From NCBI GenBank assembly GCA_964514915.1, contig CAZERY010000001.1, forward strand, positions 1 through 57,490: a stretch of DNA of 57,490 bases, read 5' to 3'. The notes beneath the pieces are model-generated. The model saw only the letters and a list, made by a program, of their open reading frames with translations. It did not search any database and had not been told where the DNA came from. The DNA comes from an uncultured Hymenobacter sp. Its GTDB lineage: Bacteria; Bacteroidota; Bacteroidia; Cytophagales; Hymenobacteraceae. The first letter of the stretch is position 1. Each line of letters starts with the position of its first letter. Below, piece by piece: positions 34,177 to 42,626 of this stretch. The translations under genes and the position numbers were made by a program.

Positions 34177-36582
34177 TTGCAACTACGTAGTTCACAAAGC
34201 CGTGCGTCGGCCTTGCGGCTGCTGGTGTTGGCTTTGCTGCTCGGTGGGCAGCCTTGGCGAGCGGTGGCCCAAGTGCCGGCTGCCGGGCCGGGCTGCGCGC
34301 TGTCGCTGGCCGGGCGCATCAGCGACCAGCGCACCGGCGAGCCGCTGCCCGGGGCCGTGCTGCGCCTGGCCGAAACCAGCGCCGCCGAAGCTGCTGACCC
34401 CGACGGGCACTACCACTTTCACCAGTTGTGCGCGGGGCAATACCACCTGCACGTCAGCTTCGTGGGCTATGCCGAGCAGGTGCTGGTAGTGGACGTGCGC
34501 GGTGCGCTCAACAAGGATATTAAGCTAAGAGCTGATGCCAAGCAGCTCGGCGAAGTGCGGGTGGAGGGTGCCAGGCAGACCGTGCCGCTCATCAGCCAAA
34601 GCCAGACTACTCTCAGCGGGCCGGCCTTGCAACAAACCCGCGGGTTGAATTTGGCCGAGTCGCTCAAAGGCATCACGGGCGTGTACAGCATCCAGACCGG
34701 GCCCACGATTTCGAAGCCCGTCATTCATGGGCTTTATGGCAATAGAGTGCTGATTCTCAACAACGGTGTGCGGCAGGAAGGCCAGCAGTGGGCCCTCGAC
34801 CACGCCCCCGAAATCGACCCCTTCACCGCTACCCGCCTCACGGTAATTAAGGGCGCGGCCAGCATCCGCTACGGGGCCGACGCCATTGGCGGCGTGGTGC
34901 TGGTAGAGCCCGCAGCCCTGCCCGACACGGCCGGTGTAAGCGGTGAAGTGAACCTGGTAGGCATGACCAATGGCCGGCTGGGCGCCGGGTCGGCCTTCGG
35001 GCAGGGTGCTATCCCGGCCGATACGGCGCGGGGCGGCGGGCGCGGGCTGGGGCTGCTGCACGGCCTCAGCTACCGGGTGCAGGGCACGCTGCGGCGGGGC
35101 GGCACCGCGCGCTCGGCCAACTACTACATCCAGAATACGGGCTTGCAGGAGCAGAACTACTCGCTGGCGCTGGGCTATCACCGGGGAATTGTAAATACGG
35201 AGCTGTTTTTCAGTCGGTTCGATACTAAAATAGGGATCTTCTCGGGGTCGGAAGTAGGGTCGGTCACCGACCTGCTGGCGGCCATTGACCGCGACCGGCC
35301 GCTGACGGCCGACCAGTTTACGTATGCCATCAAGCGGCCTTACCAGGCCGTGGTGCACCAGCTCTTCAAGGCCAAAGCCACGGTGGCGCTGCCGGCCGAC
35401 AGCCGGGTGGAGGCCACCTTCGCCCGCCAGACCGACGCCCGCTCGGAGTATGGCGACCAGTTGCCGTTTAACCCGGCGCTGGGCGACGTGCCCGACTTGT
35501 TTCTGAGCCTGACCACGCACACGCTCGACGTAGCCTACCTGACCTCGGCCGCCCGGCCCTGGTCGGTGACGACCGGGGTGAGCGGCATGACCCAGGCCAA
35601 CATTCGGGAATACCAGTTTCTGATTCCCAACTTCCGCAACTACGGGGCGGGGGCCTACGTGCTGGGCAAGCACCGCGGCGAGCGCCTGACTCTGGAAGGC
35701 GGCTTGCGCTACGACTACCGCTGGCTGCGCGCCTTTTTTACCGATGTCACGACGGGCAAAATCACGCAGCCTACCACGATTTACCAGGCCGTGACGGGTA
35801 CGCTCGGCGGCCTGCTCGACCTGGGCCACGGCCTGAGCCTGGCCACCAACCTGGCCACGGCCTGGCGCCCGCCCACCGTGAATGAGTTGTATTCGGCCGG
35901 GGTGCACCAGAGCGCGGCCAGCTACGAAATTGGTGACCCAACCCTGACGAAGGAGCAGGCTTACAACACCAGCGCCAGCCTGCTGTATAGCGGGCAAAAG
36001 CTGGAAGGCGAGGTAGGCGGCTACGTCAATTATATTCATAATTACCTGTATTTGCAGCCCGCGCTGCGCTACATCCGCACGGTGCGCGGGGCGTATCCGG
36101 TGTTTGACTACACCCAGGCCAATGCGCTCTTCAAGGGCCTTGATGCCCGGGTGAGCTACCGGCCGGTGGCGCGGCTCACGTTCACGTCGGCCGCCTCGCT
36201 GCTGTGGGCCTACAACTACACGGCCGCCGACTACCTCATCTACGCCCCGCCCAACCGCTGGCAAAATAGCGTGCGCCTGAACCTGGGCCGGGCCGAAAGC
36301 GCCGGCCGGCTGCGCCAGAGCTACGTGGGTTTCAGCAACGTGTTTGTGGCGCGCCAGAGCCGCCCGCCGGCCAGCGGCGACTACGCACCCGCGCCCGCTG
36401 CCTACGACCTGTGGGGCGCCGAGGCCGGCACCATCCTGCGCGCCGGCCGCCAGGTATTTGACTTGAGCCTGACGGTCAGTAACCTCTTCAACCGCGAGTA
36501 CCGCGACTACCTCAATCGCTTTCGCTACTACACGGCCGACGTGGGGCAGAATATCCAGCTGCGCCTGCGCGTGCCTTTTTAA
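34177..36582 (+). CDS. TonB-dependent receptor (probable metal/zinc uptake); start uncertain (34117-34213)
   Basis: Carboxypeptidase-regulatory-like domain, TGPTISKPVIHGL.GNR, RQEGQQW..DHAPEID, IKGAASIRYG, R.P.VNELYS.GVH, YRDYLNRFRYY, terminal F. Confidence 0.93.
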   Translation: MQLRSSQSRASALRLLVLALLLGGQPWRAVAQVPAAGPGCALSLAGRISDQRTGEPLPGAVLRLAETSAAEAADPDGHYHFHQLCAGQYHLHVSFVGYAEQVLVVDVRGALNKDIKLRADAKQLGEVRVEGARQTVPLISQSQTTLSGPALQQTRGLNLAESLKGITGVYSIQTGPTISKPVIHGLYGNRVLILNNGVRQEGQQWALDHAPEIDPFTATRLTVIKGAASIRYGADAIGGVVLVEPAALPDTAGVSGEVNLVGMTNGRLGAGSAFGQGAIPADTARGGGRGLGLLHGLSYRVQGTLRRGGTARSANYYIQNTGLQEQNYSLALGYHRGIVNTELFFSRFDTKIGIFSGSEVGSVTDLLAAIDRDRPLTADQFTYAIKRPYQAVVHQLFKAKATVALPADSRVEATFARQTDARSEYGDQLPFNPALGDVPDLFLSLTTHTLDVAYLTSAARPWSVTTGVSGMTQANIREYQFLIPNFRNYGAGAYVLGKHRGERLTLEGGLRYDYRWLRAFFTDVTTGKITQPTTIYQAVTGTLGGLLDLGHGLSLATNLATAWRPPTVNELYSAGVHQSAASYEIGDPTLTKEQAYNTSASLLYSGQKLEGEVGGYVNYIHNYLYLQPALRYIRTVRGAYPVFDYTQANALFKGLDARVSYRPVARLTFTSAASLLWAYNYTAADYLIYAPPNRWQNSVRLNLGRAESAGRLRQSYVGFSNVFVARQSRPPASGDYAPAPAAYDLWGAEAGTILRAGRQVFDLSLTVSNLFNREYRDYLNRFRYYTADVGQNIQLRLRVPF

Positions 36583-36642
36583 CTGGTTTTTTGCCAGCAT
36601 CTTATCTGCTTTTTATTTCTCACACCCCAAACCCCCACTTCT

Positions 36643-37323
36643 ATGTTTTCTACTTTGAGAATTACGCCCAAAGCCCGCTTCTTTGCGGGCGCTACCCTGC
36701 TGGCTACCTTGGGCCTGGCGAGCTGCAACAAAGACGAGGAAGTCGTGTCGCCGTCGGTGGCCAACGAGGCCATCACCACGATGACCCTGACGGTGACCAA
36801 CGCCGCCAGCGCCACCGACACCCAGACCGCTACCTGGGAGCAGTTGCTCGACGCCACGGGCAATCCTGTCTCGACCGGCCCCGACTACAGCAAAGCCAAC
36901 CTGACGCTGAAGGCCAACACGACCTACAACGTGGCCGTGGGCCTGCTCGACAAGTTGCAGACGCCCACTTTCGACGTGGGCGCCGAGATCAAGGAGCGGG
37001 CTAATATCCACAGCTTTTTCTTTCAGCCCCTGCCCACTACGCAGGCACTCGTGATTCCGGCGCCGACCGGCGCAGATACCTATCCCTTGCCCATCCCGAC
37101 GCCCGCACCCACCGGCAACCCGCTGAACCTGACCGTGATGCGCACTGACCGCGACACCAATACTACGCCGCTGCCCGTGGGCCTCACCGATACGTTTGTG
37201 ACCGGCGCGGCCAGCACCGGCTACCTGCGCGTGGTGCTGCGCCACCAGCCCAACGTGAAAGACGGCACCTACGCGCCCGGCTCGACGGATTTCGACGCTG
37301 GCTTTAAGGTGGCTATTCAGTAA
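36643..37323 (+). CDS. Lipoprotein associated with TonB receptor
   Basis: Lipobox LASC followed by NKDEE; NEAITT, H.FFF, LRHQP..K, GSTD.D motifs. Confidence 0.82.
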   Translation: MFSTLRITPKARFFAGATLLATLGLASCNKDEEVVSPSVANEAITTMTLTVTNAASATDTQTATWEQLLDATGNPVSTGPDYSKANLTLKANTTYNVAVGLLDKLQTPTFDVGAEIKERANIHSFFFQPLPTTQALVIPAPTGADTYPLPIPTPAPTGNPLNLTVMRTDRDTNTTPLPVGLTDTFVTGAASTGYLRVVLRHQPNVKDGTYAPGSTDFDAGFKVAIQ

Positions 37324-37353
37324 GGCCTGTGATTCTTTAAAACCAATTCGTCC

Positions 37354-37450
37354 GTCATGCTGAGCGCAGCCGAAGCGTCTCTACCTACTTCGTTGCTAGC
37401 GCTAAGAGTTACTGCGCCACGCGAGATGCTTCGGCTGCACTCAGCATAAC
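37354..37450. repeat. REP-like inverted repeat element
   Basis: GTCATGCTGAGCGCAGCCGAAGCGTCTC ... GAGATGCTTCGGCTGCACTCAGCATAAC, 25 of 28 positions complementary. Confidence 0.88.
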
Positions 37451-37479
37451 AGTAAGCAGGAATTTTTGCCATCATTATC

Positions 37480-38214
37480 ATGAAAATCAATTTATTAGCC
37501 CTAGTCGCTCTAAGTACTGCCTTGGCATTGCCGCTGGTCAGCTGGGCCCAGTCGAGCCCCAACAAGTCGTACCTCGGCATCAATGCGGGGGCGTCGTTCG
37601 CCACCGGGAATTTTCGGTCTGCCGACGCCGAGAATACCCAGTCGGGCTTCGCCAAAACGGGCTTTACCGTGGCGCTGGATGGCGCGCATTTTTTCCACGG
37701 AGGCCTCGTAGGTATTGCCGGCCAGGTTGCCTTTTCCGACAACGGCCGCCTGCTCAGCAATGACGTGGCTAAGCTCGGCGCGGCCTATACCGAAGCCTTC
37801 GACGTGGACTACACCATGGTGCGCGCCACCGGCCGCTACCGCCGCCTCACGGCGCTGGTGGGCCCCACGTTCATGTTTGGCGGCGACAAGCTCAAGGTGG
37901 AGGTGCGCGGCCTGGCCGGCATCAACCAGATGCTGGGCACGCCCGAGCTGACGGTGCAGCTCGAAGACGACCCGGCGACCACCTTCACCCAGCGCAGCTC
38001 GCACAGCACCACCTTCGGCTACGCGGCGGGGGTAGGGCTGCACTACGCCTTCAGCGACAAGCTGGGCCTGGTGGCGCGCACCGATTTTATCGGCAGCTCG
38101 CCCATCACCATCAAAAACGACAACCGCAACACCAGCACGGGTCGCCTGTCCGAAAAACAGCCCGTGACGGCCTTCAACACCACGCTGGGCCTGGCCTTTA
38201 CCCTGGGAAAATAA
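37480..38214 (+). CDS. Outer-membrane beta-barrel protein
   Basis: Signal peptide; YLGINAGASF, FGYAAGVGLHYAFSDKLG, LGLAFTL. Confidence 0.8.
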   Translation: MKINLLALVALSTALALPLVSWAQSSPNKSYLGINAGASFATGNFRSADAENTQSGFAKTGFTVALDGAHFFHGGLVGIAGQVAFSDNGRLLSNDVAKLGAAYTEAFDVDYTMVRATGRYRRLTALVGPTFMFGGDKLKVEVRGLAGINQMLGTPELTVQLEDDPATTFTQRSSHSTTFGYAAGVGLHYAFSDKLGLVARTDFIGSSPITIKNDNRNTSTGRLSEKQPVTAFNTTLGLAFTLGK

Positions 38215-38295
38215 CGCCGCCGGCAGCCTGGTAAGTAGTCGGCCACAAGCAAACGCACACTAGCTATTCAATAATGCCCTGTTAACTAGCAATCA

Positions 38296-38330
38296 AGCTG
38301 ATAGCTAGCAGCTAAAAGCTAATGGCTGAA
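38296..38330. repeat. Degenerate 7-bp tandem array
   Basis: AGCTGAT AGCTAGC AGCTAAA AGCTAAT GGCTGAA. Confidence 0.6.
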
Positions 38331-38408
38331 TACTTAGCTACGGAGCGGCCGGGCGTTGACCCGCCGCTTACCCCAACTTTTCTCTGGTTTGGTATTAGAG
38401 AAATTGCG

Positions 38409-38439
38409 AACAGACCCTGGCCGTTGGCCGGGGTTTGTT
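38409..38439. terminator. Terminator-like hairpin between convergent genes
   Basis: AACAGACCCTGGCC-GTT-GGCCGGGGTTTGTT. Confidence 0.55.
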
Positions 38440-38487
38440 TGGGTTGGGGCTGCCTGGGCTACCAGCCTGGCGGGCCTAGCAGAGAGC

Positions 38488-39828
38488 CTACCGCGACCTA
38501 ATAAGAACCGGCGGGCTAGCCACTCCGCGGCGCCCCGCTTTGGGCGGGCTCGCGGGAGAGGTCCCCACGCGAATCAGCCTGTTCAGGCTTTGGGCGAAGT
38601 TGGCGAGCGAGTCGGTGGCCGCGACGCGGCGGCCGTCGAGCGGTGCGTACAGCTCCAGGCTCGATTTTAGGAGCGAGTCGGCGGCCAGCGCCTTGATTTC
38701 GTCACTATTCATTCCTGAGCGGTAAAAGAGCCAGTTGCGGTACTGTACGCCGTGCGGGGTGCCCGGGCCACCCACCGTAAGCTGGCGCGTGCGTAGCTGT
38801 TCCCGTAGGCTACCTACCCGGGTGCTGTCGAGGTACAGGATGGTTTCGCCGCGGGCAAAATAATGAGTTAGGCTGACGTGGTGCCACTCGCCATCATTCA
38901 CCCTGGCCAGGCTGGTCAGGTGGCCGGTTTTGGCGGAAGTATAGGTGAGCGTGCCGCGCTGGTCGATGCGCAGGCTGCCCGTCGAGGTGCTATCCTGAAG
39001 CTCCAGCAGGCGGCCAGTAGCGGTGGTGCGAAAGCTAATGACCTGCGTAAACGGGTGCACCAACGCCTCGGGTACCAAGCGCAGGGCCTGCGGCTGCCGG
39101 CCAGAAAACCGGACGTAGGAAGTAGCCTGCCACCGCGGCAGCGGCTTGCCCGCCCGCAGCGCATCAAAAAGCGAGGGCACCAGCGCGTGAAACAGCTCGG
39201 CGTGCCCTAGGTCGTTGGGGTGCAGGGCATCGTCCCAGTAGCCGGGCGCCCAGTGGCCGGCGCCATCGTCTACGGCGCCCAGCAGGTTGACGGTCGGCAC
39301 GGCCCAGGCCTGGAGCAGCAGGTTCATCTGCCGGATGTAGGCGTAGTCCTGCGCCGTATAGTCGTTGCGCGTGTAGCTGTTGGTCACCACCGGCACCAGC
39401 CCCAGCGCCCGGGCCTGCCCGATGAGCTGCTGCATATTGGTTTTAAACTGGTCGAGCTTCGCGCAGCCGCCCTCGTGAATGCCCTCATTGCCCAGCGCCA
39501 GCGCAAACAGCACGTAACGAGCATTTTGCGGAACCAAGTCGCGGTTCCAGCGGGCCAGTACTTTCACGGTATTATCGCCCGGCACCGAGATGTTGGCGGT
39601 AGTCCAGGCCGCTCCTTGCCTGGTTGCCGCGCGCTGCGCCAAAAGCGCGCTGTAGCGGCTGAGGTAGCCATACTTGTTGGTGGCGCCCTGCCCAAAGGGC
39701 ACCGATGAGCCGAAATACACGATTTTCAGTTCATTAGGCGGGCTAACGTTAGTTGGCGCCGGGCTGGTAGGCTGGGCCACGGCTAGGCCGTGGCCTAGGA
39801 GCAGGAAGGAGGCAAGAAATTTGAGCAT
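38488..39828 (-). CDS. Secreted SGNH/GDSL hydrolase with C-terminal LamG/concanavalin-like domain
   Basis: IVYFGSSV..G.GA, N.SVPGDNT, LGNEG, DALHPN..GH; VNDGEWHHVSLTH...T.LYLD. Confidence 0.82.
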   Translation of the reverse strand: MLKFLASFLLLGHGLAVAQPTSPAPTNVSPPNELKIVYFGSSVPFGQGATNKYGYLSRYSALLAQRAATRQGAAWTTANISVPGDNTVKVLARWNRDLVPQNARYVLFALALGNEGIHEGGCAKLDQFKTNMQQLIGQARALGLVPVVTNSYTRNDYTAQDYAYIRQMNLLLQAWAVPTVNLLGAVDDGAGHWAPGYWDDALHPNDLGHAELFHALVPSLFDALRAGKPLPRWQATSYVRFSGRQPQALRLVPEALVHPFTQVISFRTTATGRLLELQDSTSTGSLRIDQRGTLTYTSAKTGHLTSLARVNDGEWHHVSLTHYFARGETILYLDSTRVGSLREQLRTRQLTVGGPGTPHGVQYRNWLFYRSGMNSDEIKALAADSLLKSSLELYAPLDGRRVAATDSLANFAQSLNRLIRVGTSPASPPKAGRRGVASPPVLIRSR

Positions 39829-40170
39829 GGAGAACGAGCGGCGTGGCCAGCCGAAAACTACTAGAAAATTCACAGAAGAGGAGCGGGCTCAGCGAGGAGG
39901 CTTCAAGTGGAGATAGGACTATTCTAACCGGTTGTTTGCTCGCTCAGCTAGCCTTTGCCCGTCGGGCAAGCCGGGGCAAAATGTGAGAAGGCCACGACCA
40001 ATCTCGGTTATATTGCAACTAAGTTGCTTGAAAAATAAAAAAATAAGCTTGGCTGATTTCGGGGTTCTGGTCCCGTAGAACACTCTCAAAAGAAGCCCAA
40101 ATAATAAGGCAACATTGTTGCGTAACAGTAAAAAAGGCCATTTGCAGCTCGTAGAGGCATATTATGCGCC

Positions 40171-40195
40171 GTGGTAGAAAGTGGTAGAAAGTGGT
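40171..40195 (+). promoter_or_regulatory. MraZ-binding direct repeats
   Basis: GTGGTAGAAA GTGGTAGAAA GTGGT, 10-bp period, upstream of mraZ; -7 element TACTTTTG at 40216-40223. Confidence 0.85.
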
Positions 40196-40265
40196 GGGGT
40201 TTTTGAATCAACTCGTACTTTTGTTATCCTGCTGGGGCGGCCCGGCAGGGCTATCCTTCTCCTCC

Positions 40266-40748
40266 ATGCACCAGCTCCTATCCGGCGAATACGACTGCAA
40301 GCTCGACCCGAAGGGGCGGCTGGTGCTGCCGGCCAAGGTGAAGGCAGCGCTACCCGACACGTACGCCAACCAGCTGATCCTCATGCGCGGGTTTGAGCCC
40401 TGCCTGGTGCTGTACCCCCGCCCGGCCTGGGAGCAGATTCATGCTAAAGTGATGGCCCTGGACGAGTTTAATGAGGAGTATCGGCAGTTTCAGCGCCACT
40501 TCTTTCGCGGCATCGCCGAGGTAGAGCTCGACAGCATCGGGCGTTTTGGCCTGCCCGGCTCGCTGCGCCGCCACGCCGGCCTCGACAAGGATGCCGTGAT
40601 AGTGGGCCTCGGCAATCGCTGCGAAGTGTGGGACCCCGCCCGCTACGACGAATACCTGATTAAAGACCAACCTACCTTCTCCAAACTGGCCCAGCAATTC
40701 TTGGCGACCACCCCCGAAACGCCGGCGCTGCCCGGCCTGGCCGCATGA
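40266..40748 (+). CDS. mraZ: Division/cell wall cluster repressor MraZ
   Basis: GEY.CKLDPKGRL.LP, RGFEPCL.LYP, ELDSIGR. Confidence 0.96.
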   Translation: MHQLLSGEYDCKLDPKGRLVLPAKVKAALPDTYANQLILMRGFEPCLVLYPRPAWEQIHAKVMALDEFNEEYRQFQRHFFRGIAEVELDSIGRFGLPGSLRRHAGLDKDAVIVGLGNRCEVWDPARYDEYLIKDQPTFSKLAQQFLATTPETPALPGLAA

Positions 40749-41686
40749 GCAGCTACCCCAATGATACCGCCTACCACCGCCCCGTAATGCTAGCCGAGTG
40801 CCTGGCGGGCCTCGACCTGCGCCCCGGGGGGCGCTATGTCGACGTTACGTTTGGCGGCGGCGGCCACTCGGCGCGCATCCTAGAGCAATTGGCGGCGGGC
40901 CATTTGTATAGCTTTGACCAGGACGACGCGGCTGAGCGCGAAGCCGCCCAGCTGGCCCGGCCGCAGTTCACCTTCATTCGGGCCAATTTCCGGGATCTTC
41001 AGGCCGAGCTGGCTGAGCGCGAGGCGCTGCCCGTCGATGGCTTGCTCGCCGATCTGGGCGTGTCGTCGCACCAGTTCGACACGGCCGAGCGCGGCTTCAG
41101 CACTCGCTTTGACGGCCCGCTCGACATGCGCATGAACCCGCAGGCCAGCGACACGGCCACGGCCGCCGACGTGCTCAACAACTACGACGAGGCCGCGCTG
41201 CACCGCATTTTTGGCATGTACGGGGAGGTGACCAACGCCCGCACCCTGGCCGCCACCGTGGCGCAGGCGCGCCGGCAGCGGCCGCTGCGCACCATCCAGG
41301 AGCTGAAGCAGGCCATTCAGCCCGTGGCGCCCCGCGGCAAGGAAAATAAATACTTGGCGCAAGTATTTCAGGCCCTGCGCATTGAGGTAAACGATGAGCT
41401 AGCCGCCTTGCAGGAAATGCTGGAGCAAACGGCCCGGGTGCTGCGCCCCGGCGGCCGGCTGGTGGTGATGAGCTACCACTCGCTGGAAGACCGGCTGGTG
41501 AAGAATTTTATCAGCCAGGGTAAGTTTTTTGGCCAGGCTGAGAAGGACCTGTACGGCCACGTGCGGCTGCCCTTCGAGGCGCTTACGCGCAAGCCTACCG
41601 AGGCTACGGCCGAGGAAGTAGCCCTGAATAGCCGCGCCCGCAGCGCCAAGCTGCGCATTGCCACCCGAACTTCAATCTCCACTTAA
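40745..41686 (+). CDS. rsmH: 16S rRNA m4C1402 methyltransferase
   Basis: H.PVML, D.TFGGGGHS, DLGVSS.Q.D, PLDMRM, FQALRIEVN, SYHSLEDR, N.RARSAKLR. Confidence 0.97.
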   Translation: MSSYPNDTAYHRPVMLAECLAGLDLRPGGRYVDVTFGGGGHSARILEQLAAGHLYSFDQDDAAEREAAQLARPQFTFIRANFRDLQAELAEREALPVDGLLADLGVSSHQFDTAERGFSTRFDGPLDMRMNPQASDTATAADVLNNYDEAALHRIFGMYGEVTNARTLAATVAQARRQRPLRTIQELKQAIQPVAPRGKENKYLAQVFQALRIEVNDELAALQEMLEQTARVLRPGGRLVVMSYHSLEDRLVKNFISQGKFFGQAEKDLYGHVRLPFEALTRKPTEATAEEVALNSRARSAKLRIATRTSIST

Positions 41687-41690
41687 CCTC

Positions 41691-42626
41691 ATGGCCGGTA
41701 ATACGATACGCCCTGTTGCGGCAGGCCCGCCCCGCGCCAATACGGTGCGCCCGCCCCGGCTGCCCGAGCCGCCGGCCGAACCAGTAGGAGAGGCGCCCGT
41801 GGTGCCGATGCCAGCGCCAGTGGCTGAACCAGCTCCCGAGCCCACCCCGGCCCGCAAGGCCCGCCCGGTGCCCAAGGCCGAGCCCGTGGAATGGCCCGCC
41901 GAGCCGAGCCGCGATGTGCGCTCCATCGGCCGGTCGTGGAGCTTGTTTGCGCTGCTCGACCGCTTCACTGGCCTCGACGGGTTGTTTCGGGAGGGCTTGC
42001 CGGTGCGCTACCTGCCCAAGCTGCTCTTCGTGATGCTGCTCACGCTGCTATACATCGGCAACACGCACTATGGTAACCGCATGAATCGTAACATTCAGCG
42101 GCTCAAGCAGGAAACCGAGGACTTGCGCGCCGATTATACCACCCTGAAGTCGGACTATATGGAGGCCAGCAAGCAGAGCGAGGTAGCCCGCAAAGTGGCC
42201 GCTATCGGGCTGGTCGAAAGCTCGTCGCCGCCCTTCCGCATTGCGGTGCCGGCCGGTCGCCTCGACGAGGCTGAGCTGGAAGCTATGCCCGTGCTCACTG
42301 CCGACACGCTGGCCGCCCGCGCCCTGCGCGACTCGCTAGCCAGCCAGCGGGCCGACTCATTGCAAGGCCAGGTACACCGCCAGCAAATGGCCGCCGATGA
42401 CGATACGCCCGAGTTAGGCGCCCCGCCGCCTGGCCTTGCCGCTGAAGAAGCAGTGCCTGCGAGCAGTGGCCTGGCAGACAAAGAGTTGAACAAGGACGAG
42501 GCAAATCAGTCAGTTGCTGAAAAGAAGGCTAGTAGTACAAAAAAGTCTATAACGGCTCAAGGTAAAGCAAAGCAGGCCAAGGAGAATACAGCTAAACCCA
42601 AGATGGCTATTAAAAACCAGCGATGA
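41691..42626 (+). CDS. ftsL: FtsL-like cell division protein with long low-complexity extensions
   Basis: Position between rsmH and ftsI; TM then LYIGN.H, coiled coil, SKQSEVA.KV...GL. Confidence 0.8.
   Translation: MAGNTIRPVAAGPPRANTVRPPRLPEPPAEPVGEAPVVPMPAPVAEPAPEPTPARKARPVPKAEPVEWPAEPSRDVRSIGRSWSLFALLDRFTGLDGLFREGLPVRYLPKLLFVMLLTLLYIGNTHYGNRMNRNIQRLKQETEDLRADYTTLKSDYMEASKQSEVARKVAAIGLVESSSPPFRIAVPAGRLDEAELEAMPVLTADTLAARALRDSLASQRADSLQGQVHRQQMAADDDTPELGAPPPGLAAEEAVPASSGLADKELNKDEANQSVAEKKASSTKKSITAQGKAKQAKENTAKPKMAIKNQR

Noticed and set aside
34525..36600. 691-aa antisense ORF over the TonB receptor
   Set aside because: Shadow frame expected from GC-rich codon bias; no recognisable motifs
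40171..40200. Direct repeats as a CRISPR array
   Set aside because: 10-bp units without spacers and no cas genes; explained as MraZ sites. No CRISPR array seen anywhere in the window
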